Of a stretch of 64,000 bases of DNA, positions 50,244-59,780 are shown one piece after another. The position numbers and the translations under genes were made by a program. Position 1 is the first letter of the stretch. The number at the start of each line of letters is the position of its first letter. The notes under the pieces are model-generated. The model searched no databases, had not been told where the DNA came from, and worked only from the letters and a program-made list of their open reading frames with translations. This stretch comes from a bacterium (GTDB lineage Bacteria; Bacteroidota; Ignavibacteria; UBA10030), in NCBI GenBank assembly GCA_043803945.1, contig JAZDJN010000087.1:1-64000 (forward strand), read 5' to 3'.

Positions 50244-51052
50244 CAATTGATAATTTTTCGTTTCGCTATTTCACCGGGGCAGCTCCTGCTCTTAAAAATA
50301 TTTCATTAACGCTCCATGAGAATAGTCTTTGTGTAATCCTTGGTCCTACAAATGCAGGAAAGACAACACTCATTCAAGCGATTTCAGGAGTTCTTGGTAA
50401 ACATCACAGTACGGGATCAGCTACCGGGTTAATGATCATTAACGGTTCTTCGTATGTTCCACTTCCGAAAGAACTCCAATTCCCCTCAGTCGGATTAGTG
50501 CTTCAAGATCCATTTGTTCAAATTTCGGGGATGGCATCGACGGTCTTTGAAGAAATCTGTTTTACTCTGCAGAATCTTGGAACACCAAAAGAGCAGATCG
50601 ACATTCGGGTCAGGGAGACAATGAATCTCTTAGGGATAGCACACCTTGCTCATCGCAGGCCTACGGAACTTTCCGGCGGCGAAACGCAGCGGGTCGCTCT
50701 TGCCTCAGTGCTCGTGGCAGAACCCTCAATCATTCTGCTCGATGAACCGGTCACTGCTATTGACTCAGGCGGTCAGGCTCACCTTCGGGCAGTGCTCAAA
50801 GCACTCCACAACTCATCGACCATTATTGTCACAGATACCGCTCTTGAGTTTTCATTTGGAATAGCGGATCGATATGTGGTGCTGGCCGGAGGTGAAATGG
50901 TGTTTGAGGGGACTAAGGATCAATTCTTCACGCGACTTGGAGAGTTCTCAGAATTTCTTCCAGTGGAGAAATGGCAGTATCTTGCCACTCGGATTAATGC
51001 TACTGGTTCGCATTCCTCCAAGAGTGAGAGGATTAGGAGATTCTTTCAATGA
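50228..51052 (+). CDS. ECF ATPase (EcfA-type)
   Basis: GPTNAGKT, LQDP, LSGGETQR, LLDEP. Confidence 0.88.
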   Translation: MAAAVAIDNFSFRYFTGAAPALKNISLTLHENSLCVILGPTNAGKTTLIQAISGVLGKHHSTGSATGLMIINGSSYVPLPKELQFPSVGLVLQDPFVQISGMASTVFEEICFTLQNLGTPKEQIDIRVRETMNLLGIAHLAHRRPTELSGGETQRVALASVLVAEPSIILLDEPVTAIDSGGQAHLRAVLKALHNSSTIIVTDTALEFSFGIADRYVVLAGGEMVFEGTKDQFFTRLGEFSEFLPVEKWQYLATRINATGSHSSKSERIRRFFQ

Positions 51053-51801
51053 ACCGCATTGCGTTGAATGATGTTCATTTTGGATACCCAGGAGGTGAGG
51101 CAGTACTCAATGGGCTTACTCTCGATTTCCTGGAGGAGGAAATAATCCTCCTGCTCGGGCAGAATGGAGCGGGGAAAAGTACACTCCTGAAATTGCTGAA
51201 TGGTATCCTTAAACCTCAATCAGGAAAGGTCATCGTCAACGGTCATGATACTGCAATGATACCGACTGCAGAACTCGCGAGGGATATCTCCATAACCTTT
51301 CAAAATCCAGGCGATCAACTGTTTGCTTCTACGGTCCGGGAAGAAGTGTCATTTGCGCCGAAGAATCTTCGACGGAGCAATATCGCGGAACTTGTTGAGA
51401 AATCGCTCAATCTGTTTGCCCTCACTCCATACGCACACAACCATCCCTACGACCTGCATCTTGCTCAACGGAAGCTCATCACACTGGCAAGCGCATTTGC
51501 TGCTGACACACCGTTTCTCGCCTTCGATGAGCCCAGCGCCTCACTTTCCCAAGTAGAGCGCTCACTCATCCACGCAGTCATTGCCGCTAGTCTTTCAGAG
51601 AGAAAAACTTTGCTTATCATCTCTCATGACCTGGAATGCTTTCTGCCGCTTGCCACACGCCTTCTCATTCTTCACGAAGGAAGAATCTCATTCGATGGTA
51701 CACCGGACGAGATCCTTCAACGTCAACACTTACTTCGACATACCGGAATACGAATCCCTCTTACCCTGCGTTTGAATAAGATACTGGAAGATTCTTTATA
51801 A
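51049..51801 (+). CDS. ECF ATPase (EcfA'-type)
   Basis: GQNGAGKS, FQNP, HPYDL, FDEP, ISHD; ATGA overlap with the previous gene. Confidence 0.88.
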   Translation: MNRIALNDVHFGYPGGEAVLNGLTLDFLEEEIILLLGQNGAGKSTLLKLLNGILKPQSGKVIVNGHDTAMIPTAELARDISITFQNPGDQLFASTVREEVSFAPKNLRRSNIAELVEKSLNLFALTPYAHNHPYDLHLAQRKLITLASAFAADTPFLAFDEPSASLSQVERSLIHAVIAASLSERKTLLIISHDLECFLPLATRLLILHEGRISFDGTPDEILQRQHLLRHTGIRIPLTLRLNKILEDSL

Positions 51802-51872
51802 CTCAGAGACGTGAGTGGAGGATGTCAAGGGAATATTGTTAGCAATGTTTGAAGTAATTATTTACACTTAAC

Positions 51873-53809
51873 CCAAGTTCGACAGTCGTATGGTCTAAAA
51901 AAATATTTTTTGGTCATTGAGCTCTGCTTTCACTTATTATGACAGAAAAGCTCATGTAGTGAAAACCTACCCCCTTGCGGAGCCCCATGATGATGTTGTA
52001 TATTGCACTATGTTTCTCCGAAAATTTTCGATCGACAAAGACGGCAAGCGACACGACTATTGGGCACTCGTTGAATCTGTGCGAACAGAGCGTGGACCCC
52101 GGCAACGTGTTGTCTCCTATCTTGGTGACATGGATGAAGCAGGGCGACTTGGCATTCATCATGCAGTCGAAAAAAATCTACGGACTCAGGAGTCACTCTT
52201 CGATGAGACCTCACCTGAATGGGTTGAGGTCAACGTCCGTAAAGTCCGCACAGAGAGAAGCCGACGCTTCGGTGACGTATGGCTTGCTCTGGAACTCATC
52301 AAGAAGCTTGGAGTTGATGAGCTCTTTAATCGTGTCATACCCGAGACTCATCCAAAAATCTCCTGGGCTTTGCTTGCAAACGTTCTGATTGTCTCACGCT
52401 TTTGCGAACCATCGAGTGAACTCCACATCGCTGAACAGTTCTATCGCAAGAGCGCACTCTCAGACCTTCTGGGTATTCCGGAAGAAGATATCTATGACAA
52501 CAGGCTTTACCGCGCACTGGATAAACTCTTAGAACATAAAGACGATATCCAGAAGCATCTCAAAGAACGATTGGGTGACCTCTTTCATATCACCTATGAC
52601 ATTCTCTTGTATGATGTCACCTCCAGCTACTTTGAAGGACAGGCATCTCGGAATCCTCAAGCTCAGCACGGATACTCGCGCGACAGTCGCCCCGATTGCA
52701 AGCAAGTCTGTATTGGTCTGGTCGTTACCAAGGAGGGCATTCCTCTGGGGTACGAAGTGTTCGAGGGTAACCGGCATGACTCCAAAACCGTTGAAACCAT
52801 TATCGAAACGATGGAATCCCTCTATGGCAAGTCAGATCGTATATGGATCATGGATCGCGGTATGGCCAGTGTCGACAATCTCGAACTGCTGCAAGCGGAA
52901 GGCCGTCGCTACATTATTGGAACACCCAAGAACCAGTTGAAAAAATTTGAGCAACATCTTCTGACACAAGACTGGAAACACGTCCATGAAGGTCTTGAGG
53001 TCAAGCTCTGTCCTGCCCCTGATGGAAGCGAAGAACTCTTCATCCTCTGTCGGAGCGTAGCTCGGAAACAGAAAGAGCAAGCTATTCACAACCGTTTCGT
53101 CGAGCGTCTCAAGAAAGGTCTCGAGCGAGTCAAGAAGAGTTGTGCCTCCGGGCGCGTTAAGAACGTGAGACTTGTCGAGCGCCGTATCGGACGATTACTT
53201 GAACGCTTTAACCGGGCATCTCCACTGTTCGATGTCGATGTCAAAGAACTCAATGGCAAACTTGATCTCACATGGACAATCCACGATACGTACAGCGACT
53301 GGGCCCGTCTCAGTGAGGGGTATTATCTCCTGCGCACAAACATCAAAGACTGGACGCCAGAGGATCTCTGGAAAGCCTACATTCAACTCACCCAAGCTGA
53401 AGCAGCGTTCCGTATTCAGAAACAGGACTTACACCTTCGTCCTATCTGGCATCAACGTGAGGATCGTGTTCAGGCTCACATCCTCGTCTGCTTCCTTGCC
53501 TACGTGCTCTGGAAGTGCTTGGCGCAACTCTGCAAGCAAGCTGGTCTTGGAAACGAACCCAGAGTGATTCTTGAAGAGATCAAAAACCTCACTCTCGTTG
53601 ATGTCGTACTCCTGACGCGAACAGGTACAGAGATCAGACTCCGTTGCGTTTCGAAACCTGAACAACACTTAGCCATTCTATTGCACAAACTAAATCTCAA
53701 ACCCCCTTCCAGGCTTGAAATGAAACTCAAATTGTAGTGTAAACTTTTGACACCTTTTGCCTCTTATAGCTCAGAATCATCGTTTTTTCTTCACAACTGT
53801 CGAACTTGG
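51873..53809 (+). mobile_element. IS1634-family insertion sequence
   Basis: Perfect 14-bp terminal inverted repeats CCAAGTTCGACAGT / ACTGTCGAACTTGG around one transposase; no target-site duplication visible. Confidence 0.9.
52010..53737 (+). CDS. IS1634-family DDE transposase (start moved to MFLRK)
   Basis: YWALVESVR, YDVTSSYFEG, GYSRDSRPDCKQ, MDRG, EAAFR..K..L.LRPIWH. Confidence 0.92.
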   Translation: MFLRKFSIDKDGKRHDYWALVESVRTERGPRQRVVSYLGDMDEAGRLGIHHAVEKNLRTQESLFDETSPEWVEVNVRKVRTERSRRFGDVWLALELIKKLGVDELFNRVIPETHPKISWALLANVLIVSRFCEPSSELHIAEQFYRKSALSDLLGIPEEDIYDNRLYRALDKLLEHKDDIQKHLKERLGDLFHITYDILLYDVTSSYFEGQASRNPQAQHGYSRDSRPDCKQVCIGLVVTKEGIPLGYEVFEGNRHDSKTVETIIETMESLYGKSDRIWIMDRGMASVDNLELLQAEGRRYIIGTPKNQLKKFEQHLLTQDWKHVHEGLEVKLCPAPDGSEELFILCRSVARKQKEQAIHNRFVERLKKGLERVKKSCASGRVKNVRLVERRIGRLLERFNRASPLFDVDVKELNGKLDLTWTIHDTYSDWARLSEGYYLLRTNIKDWTPEDLWKAYIQLTQAEAAFRIQKQDLHLRPIWHQREDRVQAHILVCFLAYVLWKCLAQLCKQAGLGNEPRVILEEIKNLTLVDVVLLTRTGTEIRLRCVSKPEQHLAILLHKLNLKPPSRLEMKLKL

Positions 53810-54007
53810 TCTAGAGCGCATGGAAACAGGTATGAAGTGTTACACTTTGCCTCAAAATCAGATCTGAATTTGCAAGTTGTGGACTATCTCAATTGGGCAG
53901 TGTTTAAAAAATGGGAAAGAAATGATGTTCGAAGTTACGATCTTGTAAAGGATTGCGTTAAGAGTGAATTTGAAGTTTTTAAAAGTGGTGCCAATTTGTA
54001 TTACTGA
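53810..54007 (+). pseudogene. 3' remnant of a DUF3800-like gene truncated by the IS
   Basis: SKSDLNLQVVDYLNWAVFKKWE matches the S...LQxxD..xWA C-terminal motif of DUF3800 proteins; the 5' part is absent on both sides of the IS. Confidence 0.65.
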
Positions 54008-54011
54008 AGGA

Positions 54012-54092
54012 TAAAAAAACGACCGCCCTGACTATCCTTTCGGAAGTCGCCCTTGGCGACTTGTTATCAGGGCGGAACCTTTTAAAACAACC
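54012..54092 (-). ncRNA. Putative ~80-nt structured sRNA convergent with the DUF3800 remnant (DUF3800-RNA-motif-like)
   Basis: Minus strand: outer stem CCGCCCUGA/UCAGGGCGG enclosing AGUCGCC-AAG-GGCGACU and UCC-GAAA-GGA hairpins, then a U7 tract; near-consensus promoter upstream. Confidence 0.7.
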
Positions 54093-54098
54093 TATACG

Positions 54099-54127
54099 AA
54101 TATAGACACTTGAATTTCAATTGTCAA
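54099..54127 (-). promoter_or_regulatory. Sigma70-type promoter TTGACA-N17-TATATT driving the sRNA
   Basis: + strand TGTCAA at 54122-54127 and AATATA at 54099-54104, exactly 17 nt apart. Confidence 0.75.
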
Positions 54128-54215
54128 TAAATTGACACACATATTTTAAGGTAATGTCTGCTTTAGATCGGTATGTCTGGTAGGGTTTCGTAAATTAAGC
54201 GGGAATAAAGAGAAC

Positions 54216-54713
54216 ATGGCTTCGAAGGATAAACTTATCATAAATTCTCTCTACGAAGAGTCCCTCTATCACTGAAACTATGTCCGGGAAGAAAAACGCT
54301 TTGAGCTGAAAGATGGCCAGCGTCCCGCAGGATATGTTGTGGCAACTCCAAACGCTCAAACACACGATGACCCTGGAATATTCATTCCTATCGACCTCCC
54401 CAATCTAATACGTCCCCGTGTGAAACAATGGAGAGAGCAATGCTATCCGGGCACGCTTCCCAAAGGATTAACCATAGCCGACTTGAAAGGCGAACACCGT
54501 TCCCAGCCGCATAACTCACTTCTTGCAGAATGTTTCTATTTGATAAAATATGTAGAACAATGGGGCACCGGTACCAACAGAATGCTGCGCCTTTGTAAGG
54601 ATGCAGGATTGCCTGAACCGATATTTGACCAGAAAGCAGGAAGCTTTGTGGTGGTGTTCAAGAGAGCGAAGAAAAGAATTGAAGAAGGAAAGTTCGCAGT
54701 AGGTTCCCAGTAA
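54216..54713 (+). pseudogene. Chimeric pseudogene: N-terminus of a type III-like restriction helicase/endonuclease fused to a RecG-C/HATPase_c_4 fragment
   Basis: MASKDKLIINSLYEE..H*NY..RPAGYVVA..DDPG..IRPRVKQWRE.CYPG (in-frame TGA at 54273) joins PGTLPKGLT..PHNSLLA..VEQWGTGTNRM. Confidence 0.65.
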
Positions 54714-54783
54714 GTTCGCAGTAGGTTCGCAGTAATGTCGCAGTAAGTTCGGAGTAAGTTCCCAGTAATCTCGGAGTAAGTTC
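54690..54783 (+). repeat. Tandem repeat, 8 copies of an 11-mer (AAGTTCGCAGT consensus)
   Basis: Units start at 54690, 54701, 54712, 54723, 54734, 54745, 54756, 54767. Confidence 0.9.
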
Positions 54784-54922
54784 ACTTCAATCATTTCTTC
54801 TGTTACTCAATCATCGCCTTATCTAATTGTATTTTCATATTTTCATATTTTCACATTCCCTCATTCTCACATTCCCACACTCTCATACTCTCTCACTCTC
54901 TTACCTTCTCCCCCTCACTCTC

Positions 54923-55852
54923 TCACTTCTTCTCCTTCTTCGGCCAGATCAACGAGGCAATCACCGATAGCACCAGCACAACACCAACAACTCCTAGAGC
55001 GATACTGATCGGCATATGAACGAAGTCTGCAATGAGCATCTTCACACCGATAAAGGTGAGCACAACGGAAAGCCCGACTTTGAGATAGTGGAAGAGGTTC
55101 ATCATACCCGCAAGAGCAAAGTAGAGAGCGCGCAGGCCCAGGATGGCAAAAATGTTTGAGGTGTAGACAATCATCGGGTCGGTGGTGATGGCAAAAATAG
55201 CAGGAATCGAATCAACCGCAAAAACGAGATCGGTAGTCTCCACGACAAGAACAACGATGAAGAGTAGTGTAGCAGAATATCGCTTCCCTTGTTTAATAAA
55301 GAATTTCGAACCGTGATATTCTGGCGTTACGGGAAAGAATTTTTTAAAAAGACGCACCAGGATGTTCCGTTCCGGCTTGATCTTCACAGTTTCTTTCTGG
55401 AGCCCCATCTTGATGCCCGTAAATATCAGAAACGCTCCGAAGATGTAGAGAATCCAACTGAACTGATTAATGAGAACAACCCCCATCCCAATGAGCAGTC
55501 CCCGCAATACCAGGGCTCCGAGAATTCCCCAGAACAGGACCTTATGCTGATACCGGGAGGGAACGTTGAAATAAGAGAAGATGAGTAAGAAGACAAAGAG
55601 GTTATCGACACTGAGCGATTTCTCAATCAGGTACCCCGTGAAGAACATGAGGGCATAATCGTATCCCAGCCATAGATAAATACCAAGATTAAAAAGAAGG
55701 GCAAGAGAGATCCAAAAGGCGCTCCATTTAAGCGCTTCCGAAACGGTAATTTCTTTCTCCCTCCGTTTATGGATGCCAAGGTCGAGCAGAAGAAGCGCAA
55801 TCACTCCAAGAGTAAAGAAAATCAGCACCCATAGTTCATTTTCAATTTTCAT
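54923..55852 (-). CDS. TerC/Alx-family membrane protein
   Basis: GYLIEKSLSVDNLFVF, ETTDLVFAVDSIPA, SNIFAILGLRALYF. Confidence 0.92.
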   Translation of the reverse strand: MKIENELWVLIFFTLGVIALLLLDLGIHKRREKEITVSEALKWSAFWISLALLFNLGIYLWLGYDYALMFFTGYLIEKSLSVDNLFVFLLIFSYFNVPSRYQHKVLFWGILGALVLRGLLIGMGVVLINQFSWILYIFGAFLIFTGIKMGLQKETVKIKPERNILVRLFKKFFPVTPEYHGSKFFIKQGKRYSATLLFIVVLVVETTDLVFAVDSIPAIFAITTDPMIVYTSNIFAILGLRALYFALAGMMNLFHYLKVGLSVVLTFIGVKMLIADFVHMPISIALGVVGVVLVLSVIASLIWPKKEKK

Positions 55853-55898
55853 TTTACTTTGAGATTCTCATTGTACAGAAGATCTTCTCAGACCGTTT

Positions 55899-57362
55899 TT
55901 ATCCGGCAATTCTTGACGCTTTTTTCCAAAGGAAATAGACCGGGATGCCGAGAAGAACAATACTCAGTCCGGTTCCTGCATAATCTGTTTTAAAGATCAA
56001 CAGATCAATGGCAATGGCCGATGCCGCAAGAATATACAAACCCGGCAACACTGGATAGCCAAACGCCTTGTACGGCCTTTCAGCATCCGGACGCTTCTTC
56101 CGGAGGATGAAGAGCCCTATAACCGTTAGAACATAGAAGATCAACACGGCAAAGATCACGTAATCGAGCAGGTCTCCATAGGTACCGGAAAGACAGAGCA
56201 GGCTTGCCCATAGTGCCTGCACCCAGAGCGCGGCTGCAGGAACGGCATGCTCGTTCAACACTCCTGCTTGCTTGAAAAAGAGATTGTCTTTTGCCATCGC
56301 ATAGTAGAGGCGTGCCCCGGCAAGGATCAATCCATTATTGCATCCGAACGTAGAGATCATGATCAGCACCGCCATGATGAGAACTGCACTGTCGCCAAAA
56401 ATAAAATACGCTGCGGCCGTGCCGACACGATCTGCTGTGGCGAATTGAATACCGCGCGCGGCAACATCCGCCCCCTCCGGCAATCCGTTGACGGGCAGCA
56501 TCATGAGGTAGGCAGCATTGGCGAGGATATAGAGCACTGTGACCGTTCCCGTTCCGATTGCCAGGCTCAGCGGAATATTTCTCTTCGGATTGATCACTTC
56601 AGCGGCAGTGAAGGTGATATTATTCCACGCGTCGCTGGAGAAGAGCGAACCGACCATGGCCGTTCCAATCGCAGCAAGGAGCATCAAACCCGTGAGTTCA
56701 ACTGTCACAGCTTTTCCATTCTCCACAACCGTTTTTGTTGCAGCCCAGAAATTCACCGCGTTGGCGTCCATCGCCAGTACATTCTTCCCCACAAAAATCC
56801 CCAGAATGATCAACCCGAACAGTGCAACGATCTTTGCCATTGTGAAGACGTTTTGAACGATCTTTCCCTGTTTTAATCCGCGGGTATTGATAGTGGTAAG
56901 AACAAGGATACTGACGATGGCAAGAATCTGTGCTGCGGAGATTTTGAGCTTCCCAATCTGAAGAAGAACATTGTTTTCTCCAACCGAGGGAAGGAGCACC
57001 GCTGCGAATTTCGCAAACGCCACTGCCACTGCAGCAATGGTCCCTGCCTGAATCACAAGGAAGAAGGTCCAGCCATAGAGAAATCCCACCAGCGGGTTGT
57101 ATGCCTCGCGGAGGTATACGTACTGGCCTCCGGCATGCGGCATCATAGCCGCTAGTTCTCCATAGCTGAGAGCCCCGATAATAGTGATGACTCCCGTGAT
57201 GAGCCATACAAGCAGCAGCATTCCGGGCGAGCCGACTGTGCGTGCAATATCGGCGCTAACGATAAAAATACCCGACCCGATCATCACACCGGTGACAATC
57301 ATGGTCGAGTCGAGAAGGCCTAAGCCGTGTTTGAATTCACGGGCAGTTTCTGTGTTTGACAT
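55899..57362 (-). CDS. APC-family amino-acid permease
   Basis: MIGSGIF, ELAAMMPHAGGQYVYL, RPYKAFGYP. Confidence 0.92.
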   Translation of the reverse strand: MSNTETAREFKHGLGLLDSTMIVTGVMIGSGIFIVSADIARTVGSPGMLLLVWLITGVITIIGALSYGELAAMMPHAGGQYVYLREAYNPLVGFLYGWTFFLVIQAGTIAAVAVAFAKFAAVLLPSVGENNVLLQIGKLKISAAQILAIVSILVLTTINTRGLKQGKIVQNVFTMAKIVALFGLIILGIFVGKNVLAMDANAVNFWAATKTVVENGKAVTVELTGLMLLAAIGTAMVGSLFSSDAWNNITFTAAEVINPKRNIPLSLAIGTGTVTVLYILANAAYLMMLPVNGLPEGADVAARGIQFATADRVGTAAAYFIFGDSAVLIMAVLIMISTFGCNNGLILAGARLYYAMAKDNLFFKQAGVLNEHAVPAAALWVQALWASLLCLSGTYGDLLDYVIFAVLIFYVLTVIGLFILRKKRPDAERPYKAFGYPVLPGLYILAASAIAIDLLIFKTDYAGTGLSIVLLGIPVYFLWKKASRIAG

Positions 57363-57426
57363 GGATGCACTCCCCTATGGTCAGGCAGACCGCCTGACCA
57401 TGAATGACAAACTCAGTGTTGTGGAA

Positions 57427-58977
57427 TTATTGATCATTCTTGACAGCCAAGATACTATGTTTTTGACCGTAGGCAAAATAGATCGCCAAACCGAGAACCA
57501 GCCAGACAACGAGGCGCAGCCACGTATCGAGCGGGAGGCTGAGCATCAGCAGACCGGAGATAAGAATTCCCATGATTGGAACGAACGGCACCCATGGTGT
57601 TTTGAACGGTCTGTGCATATCCGGCCTGCGCACGCGCAAAATCCATACCCCGGCACAAACGATCACGAACGCCAGGAGCGTACCGATGCTGACGAGTTCG
57701 CCGAGGATATTAATCGGCAGCAAGGCACCACAAAACGCTACAAAGGTGCCAACAATGATCGTGGAGATCCATGGTGTTCGGAATTTCGGGTGTACTTTTC
57801 CCGCCCATTTCGGAAGAAGCCCATCGTGAGCCATCGAGTAAAATACACGCGACTGGCCGAGCATCATGACCAACATCACGGTGCCGAGTCCGAAAATGGC
57901 TCCGAATTTCACCAGATACCCGCCCCATTTTATTCCTGTTGCATCGATGCCAACGGCAACCGGATCGGAAACGTTGAGGCTTGTGTAAGGGACAACCGCA
58001 GTCAAGAGACCTGCAACGAGAATGTAGAGGATGGTGCAAATAAGCAACGAACCCATGATACCGATCGGCATATCCTTCTGGGGGTTTTTGGCTTCCTGTG
58101 CCGCAGTCGAAACCGCATCAAAACCGATGTAGGCGAAGAAGATAACGCTTGCCGCCCGTGCGATACCGGACCATCCGAACTTGCCAAATTCACCGGTATT
58201 CTCCGGAATGAAGTTTTTCCAGTTCACATCAATTGTTGTGCTGGGGTTTTGAATCACATACCATCCGACAATCCCGATGAAGATCATGACAATGGTGAGT
58301 TTCACGATGACAATCGCCGAATTGAAGTTTGCTGATTCCTTGATCCCGATGACCAGGATCGTTGCGATTGCAATAATTGCGAGAAATGCGACCAGGTTGA
58401 ACGAGGCCGTCATATGGGGAAGTGCTGCTACATCAATCCCCTGCGCGAGCAAGGTGTCTTTGATCCGGGAAAGGTGCTGCCAGTTATCGTTGTAGAGCAC
58501 CAGCTCTGTCCCCGGTGCACCGGTTAAACCCGGAGGAATGTGTATACCAAAGTCATTCAAGAGGCTTAGTAAATATCCGCTCCACCCGGAAGCAACCGTA
58601 GCGGCACCGAATGCATATTCGAGAATTAAATCCCAGCCGATGATCCAGGCAAACAATTCCCCGAGCGTTGCGTAGCCGTACGTATACGCCGATCCGGCAA
58701 TAGGAATGAGTGAAGCAAATTCTGCATAACATAAGCCGGCGAAGACACACGCAATACCCGAGACGACAAACGAAAGGACGATTGCTGGACCGGCATAGTT
58801 TGCCGCAGCTGCACCGGTAAGCACAAAAATGCCGGCGCCGATGATCGCTCCGATTCCAAGCGTTATCAGGTTAAGAGGACCAAGCACACGTTTTAAACTA
58901 TGCTCACCGCTTTCCTGCGCTTCGTTCATCAGCAGGTCGAGAGGTTTCGTTACGAACAGTCGAGAGGGTTTACTCAT
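57427..58977 (-). CDS. APC (CAT-like) amino-acid permease (start moved to MSKPS)
   Basis: RBS AGGAGG; GAIIGAGIF, AGSAYTY, FAYIGFDAVST, GTLLAF. Confidence 0.92.
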   Translation of the reverse strand: MSKPSRLFVTKPLDLLMNEAQESGEHSLKRVLGPLNLITLGIGAIIGAGIFVLTGAAAANYAGPAIVLSFVVSGIACVFAGLCYAEFASLIPIAGSAYTYGYATLGELFAWIIGWDLILEYAFGAATVASGWSGYLLSLLNDFGIHIPPGLTGAPGTELVLYNDNWQHLSRIKDTLLAQGIDVAALPHMTASFNLVAFLAIIAIATILVIGIKESANFNSAIVIVKLTIVMIFIGIVGWYVIQNPSTTIDVNWKNFIPENTGEFGKFGWSGIARAASVIFFAYIGFDAVSTAAQEAKNPQKDMPIGIMGSLLICTILYILVAGLLTAVVPYTSLNVSDPVAVGIDATGIKWGGYLVKFGAIFGLGTVMLVMMLGQSRVFYSMAHDGLLPKWAGKVHPKFRTPWISTIIVGTFVAFCGALLPINILGELVSIGTLLAFVIVCAGVWILRVRRPDMHRPFKTPWVPFVPIMGILISGLLMLSLPLDTWLRLVVWLVLGLAIYFAYGQKHSILAVKNDQ

Positions 58978-59077
58978 GCAGATACCTCCTATAAATGTAT
59001 GGAAGAAAGAATGAGTGTTCATTCTATTGATTGTATTGTCACACTTCTGAAAACAATTCTCCTCACATCACGACACA

Positions 59078-59719
59078 TTACGATTGATTTTTGGTTCCCT
59101 TGTTCTTTATCCTGTGCTGAAGATATTTTATGATACCTGGTAATATGGAAATAAAGATTACAACCGCAATGACGTATTCAATTTTATTTTGTATCCCGGG
59201 AACTGTTTGCCCTAAGAAATACCCAAGAAGGATCATACTTGAAATCCAACAGACAGCGCCGACAACATTGAATGTAATAAATCGACGGTACCCCATCTCT
59301 GCTATTCCGGCTACGACCGGAGCGAATGTCCGTGCAAAAGGCATAAACTGTGCAAGAATAATCGTCATACCGCCGTACTGATCGTAGAACTCTTTTGTCT
59401 TGAGCAGGTGATCCCGGCGAAAGAATTTCGATTGCGGCCTGTTGAAGAGCGGGAGGCCTGCACGCTTGCCGATGTTGTATCCGGTTGTGTTGCCTGCAAT
59501 AGCGGATACAATTAACAGTGGAATCAGGAGCACAACATCCAAATCTCCGCGTGAAGCAAAAAGGCCTGCCGTTACAAGAAGGGAATCACCGGGAAGGAAA
59601 AATCCGATCAGAAGGCCGGTTTCAGAAAAAATAATTGCACAAAGTCCGATATAGCCGCCCCAGATAATAATCTCTTCGAGTGTGGGAAGCTGCGGTAAGA
59701 ATCCAAGAAATTCCATCAC
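59078..59719 (-). CDS. DedA/VTT-family membrane protein
   Basis: FSETGLLIGFFLPGDSLL, FMPFARTFAPVVAG. Confidence 0.92.
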   Translation of the reverse strand: MMEFLGFLPQLPTLEEIIIWGGYIGLCAIIFSETGLLIGFFLPGDSLLVTAGLFASRGDLDVVLLIPLLIVSAIAGNTTGYNIGKRAGLPLFNRPQSKFFRRDHLLKTKEFYDQYGGMTIILAQFMPFARTFAPVVAGIAEMGYRRFITFNVVGAVCWISSMILLGYFLGQTVPGIQNKIEYVIAVVIFISILPGIIKYLQHRIKNKGTKNQS

Positions 59720-59780
59720 ACGATTTCACCTCTCCTCTCATGTTGTAGTAAATAACGATTGACCATAGTATAAGTTTTTC

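Noticed and set aside
54273-54275. In-frame TGA as Trp or Sec recoding
   Set aside because: Many intact genes here end in TGA, and the ORF is otherwise degraded, so a nonsense mutation is the simpler reading
54690-54783. Possible CRISPR array
   Set aside because: Contiguous 11-mers with no unique spacers and no cas genes
55853-55898. Mn-sensing yybP-ykoY riboswitch before terC/alx
   Set aside because: The spacer is only ~46 bp and lacks the motif
57184-58335. 383-aa + strand ORF and many similar antisense ORFs (e.g. 20414..21067, 56247..56876, 8557..9180)
   Set aside because: Shadow ORFs opposite well-supported genes, with no motifs
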